Source of the DNA: Octopus sinensis
Lineage: Eukaryota
Assembly: GCF_006345805.1 (NCBI RefSeq)
Contig: NC_043018.1
Coordinates: 22,134,001-22,198,000 of the forward strand
Reading direction: 5' to 3'
Length of the DNA stretch: 64,000 bases
Positions 62,746 through 64,000 of this stretch are shown here, one piece after another; the first letter of the stretch is position 1, and every line of letters starts with the position of its first letter. A model generated the notes under the pieces. The model was not told the origin of the DNA, made no database searches, and worked only from the letters and a program-made list of their open reading frames with translations. Position numbers and translations under genes: made by a program.

Positions 62746-63700
62746 CAGATAAATAACGTTTAACACGAATGACAGATACCGCTATATATTTAGGTTCTTT
62801 TTAACAATAAAAACGTAGAAAGAATGAGTCTGTGTGAGACAGAATTAGATGGAGAAAGAGAGACGGAAATACTACGCTTCCCTGAACTTTCGAACTTCTG
62901 CAGATTTTTCTTTTTTTTTTAAGCAAAATATCTATTCAAAATATAGTGCACATTATCACACTAAACTCTTACTAATAACAACTAAACATCTTGTGAGACA
63001 TTATAACAATGAGTAAAGCAAGGTCCTAATGATTTATTTGACATTTCAAAGTCACATTACGAACATTATATAGTTGTTAATAAATTTAATATGCATAATA
63101 TGTAAATAAGAATAATGTAGCTGTTCATTCGCTAAGTGAATTCAGACTTTTTTTTTTATAAATATAGGTTAAACTGATTTATTGGAAATATGTTTTGTAT
63201 TCAGAAAAAGAGGAATCGAGGTAAAACAGTATTTTCGTTTCTATTAAGTGGATATGATAGGCGCTGCCATGGACGAGTGCCAAGAGATTTGTTTGTCAAT
63301 TGTAATGTTCCTGGTTTAGTCCTACTGCGTTGCACGCTGGGCAAGGGTCTTCTGCCATTGCTCCGCAACATTTTTTTGCTTTTGTCTTTTTTTTTCCTTG
63401 CGGCACACACATTCTTATCAGAATTCGACGGCACACCTGATCTAAAGATGTAACTAAAAGTATAGGGGTGAAAAAATTATATTCAGGTTACACTGCGGCA
63501 AACCAGTGTGCCGCAGGATACCGGTTGTGGAGCACTGGACAATAAAAGCCTTGTGAATGGTAGACAGAAACAGAAAGAAGTCCGGCACGCGCGTGTGTCC
63601 ACACGCCGTTTGACAATCGGTTTTGATTTGTTTACGTTATGTAACAGATCAATAAATAAGCACCCAACTTAAGAAAAGAAAAAAAATTACTGGGGTCGAC

Positions 63701-64000
63701 TAAACCCTTCAAAGAGGTGCTCCAGCCGTAAAAGACAAAAGTGAATTTATTCGTAGTTCATAAGTTGTATTTATTTCATTGTTCTCGACGATAAAGAAAT
63801 CCTTTTTGCTGGTCATCCCTGCAAAAATCGCCGAGAAAATGTTTAAACCCTTCAAAGAGGTGCCCCAGCGTGGTCGCAGTCTAATGACAGAAAACCGTAA
63901 AAGACAAAAGTGAATTTACTCGTAGGTCATAGGTGTGTCTTTATTTCATTGTTCTCGACGATAAAGAAATCCCTTTCGCTGGTCATCCCTGCAAAAATCG
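63701..64000 (+). repeat. Diverged tandem duplication (143-bp offset) including a B-SINE tail, running off the window end
   Basis: TAAACCCTTCAAAGAGGTGC at 63701 and 63844; downstream ~110 bp repeated with several substitutions; the first copy has a ~26-bp deletion. Confidence 0.88.

Noticed and set aside
3-63453. Numerous 60-280-aa ORFs rich in YI/HT/VC/LS/ER
   Set aside because: Translations of (TA)n, (CA)n, (GTAT)n and (CT)n microsatellites; no coding signal.

Overview
AT-rich, repeat-dense eukaryotic (animal) genomic DNA, not prokaryotic. The SINE families, microsatellite load and gene content point to a cephalopod, most likely Octopus (inference). The only confidently supported protein-coding feature is a ~2-kb terminal coding exon (55286-57303, +) of a tincar-like multi-pass membrane protein. 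It begins at a splice acceptor 299 bp upstream of the ORF-track ATG and ends in a PDZ-type SQV motif. I could not find its N-terminal exons in the preceding 55 kb, so most of the window is probably intron. The rest is a mobile-element record: at least four tRNA-headed SINE families (labelled A, B, C, D here, many with target-site duplications, TSDs), a full-length decayed mariner plus a second mariner fragment, Helitron/Helentron-type non-autonomous elements, Tigger-like and piggyBac-like MITEs, tiny 5'-truncated non-LTR 3' ends and large compound microsatellites. Best leads: (1) two copies of a Penelope-type repeat with a complete minimal type I hammerhead-ribozyme fold, sharing a non-canonical U at core position 6 and an extra A after A9; (2) a SINE that inserts as head+(184-bp unit)x1-3, joined at a GGTATTT head/tail microhomology; (3) a SINE with a built-in microsatellite that seeds repeat expansions, half-element insertions and a 587-bp tandem duplication; (4) a 3'-UTR duplex with three A:C mismatches, a candidate ADAR substrate; (5) a candidate antisense promoter/first exon at ~60.35 kb. 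Nearly all ORF-track entries are microsatellite or SINE translation artefacts. All alignments and coordinates were read by eye, and family assignments are from memory, not database searches.
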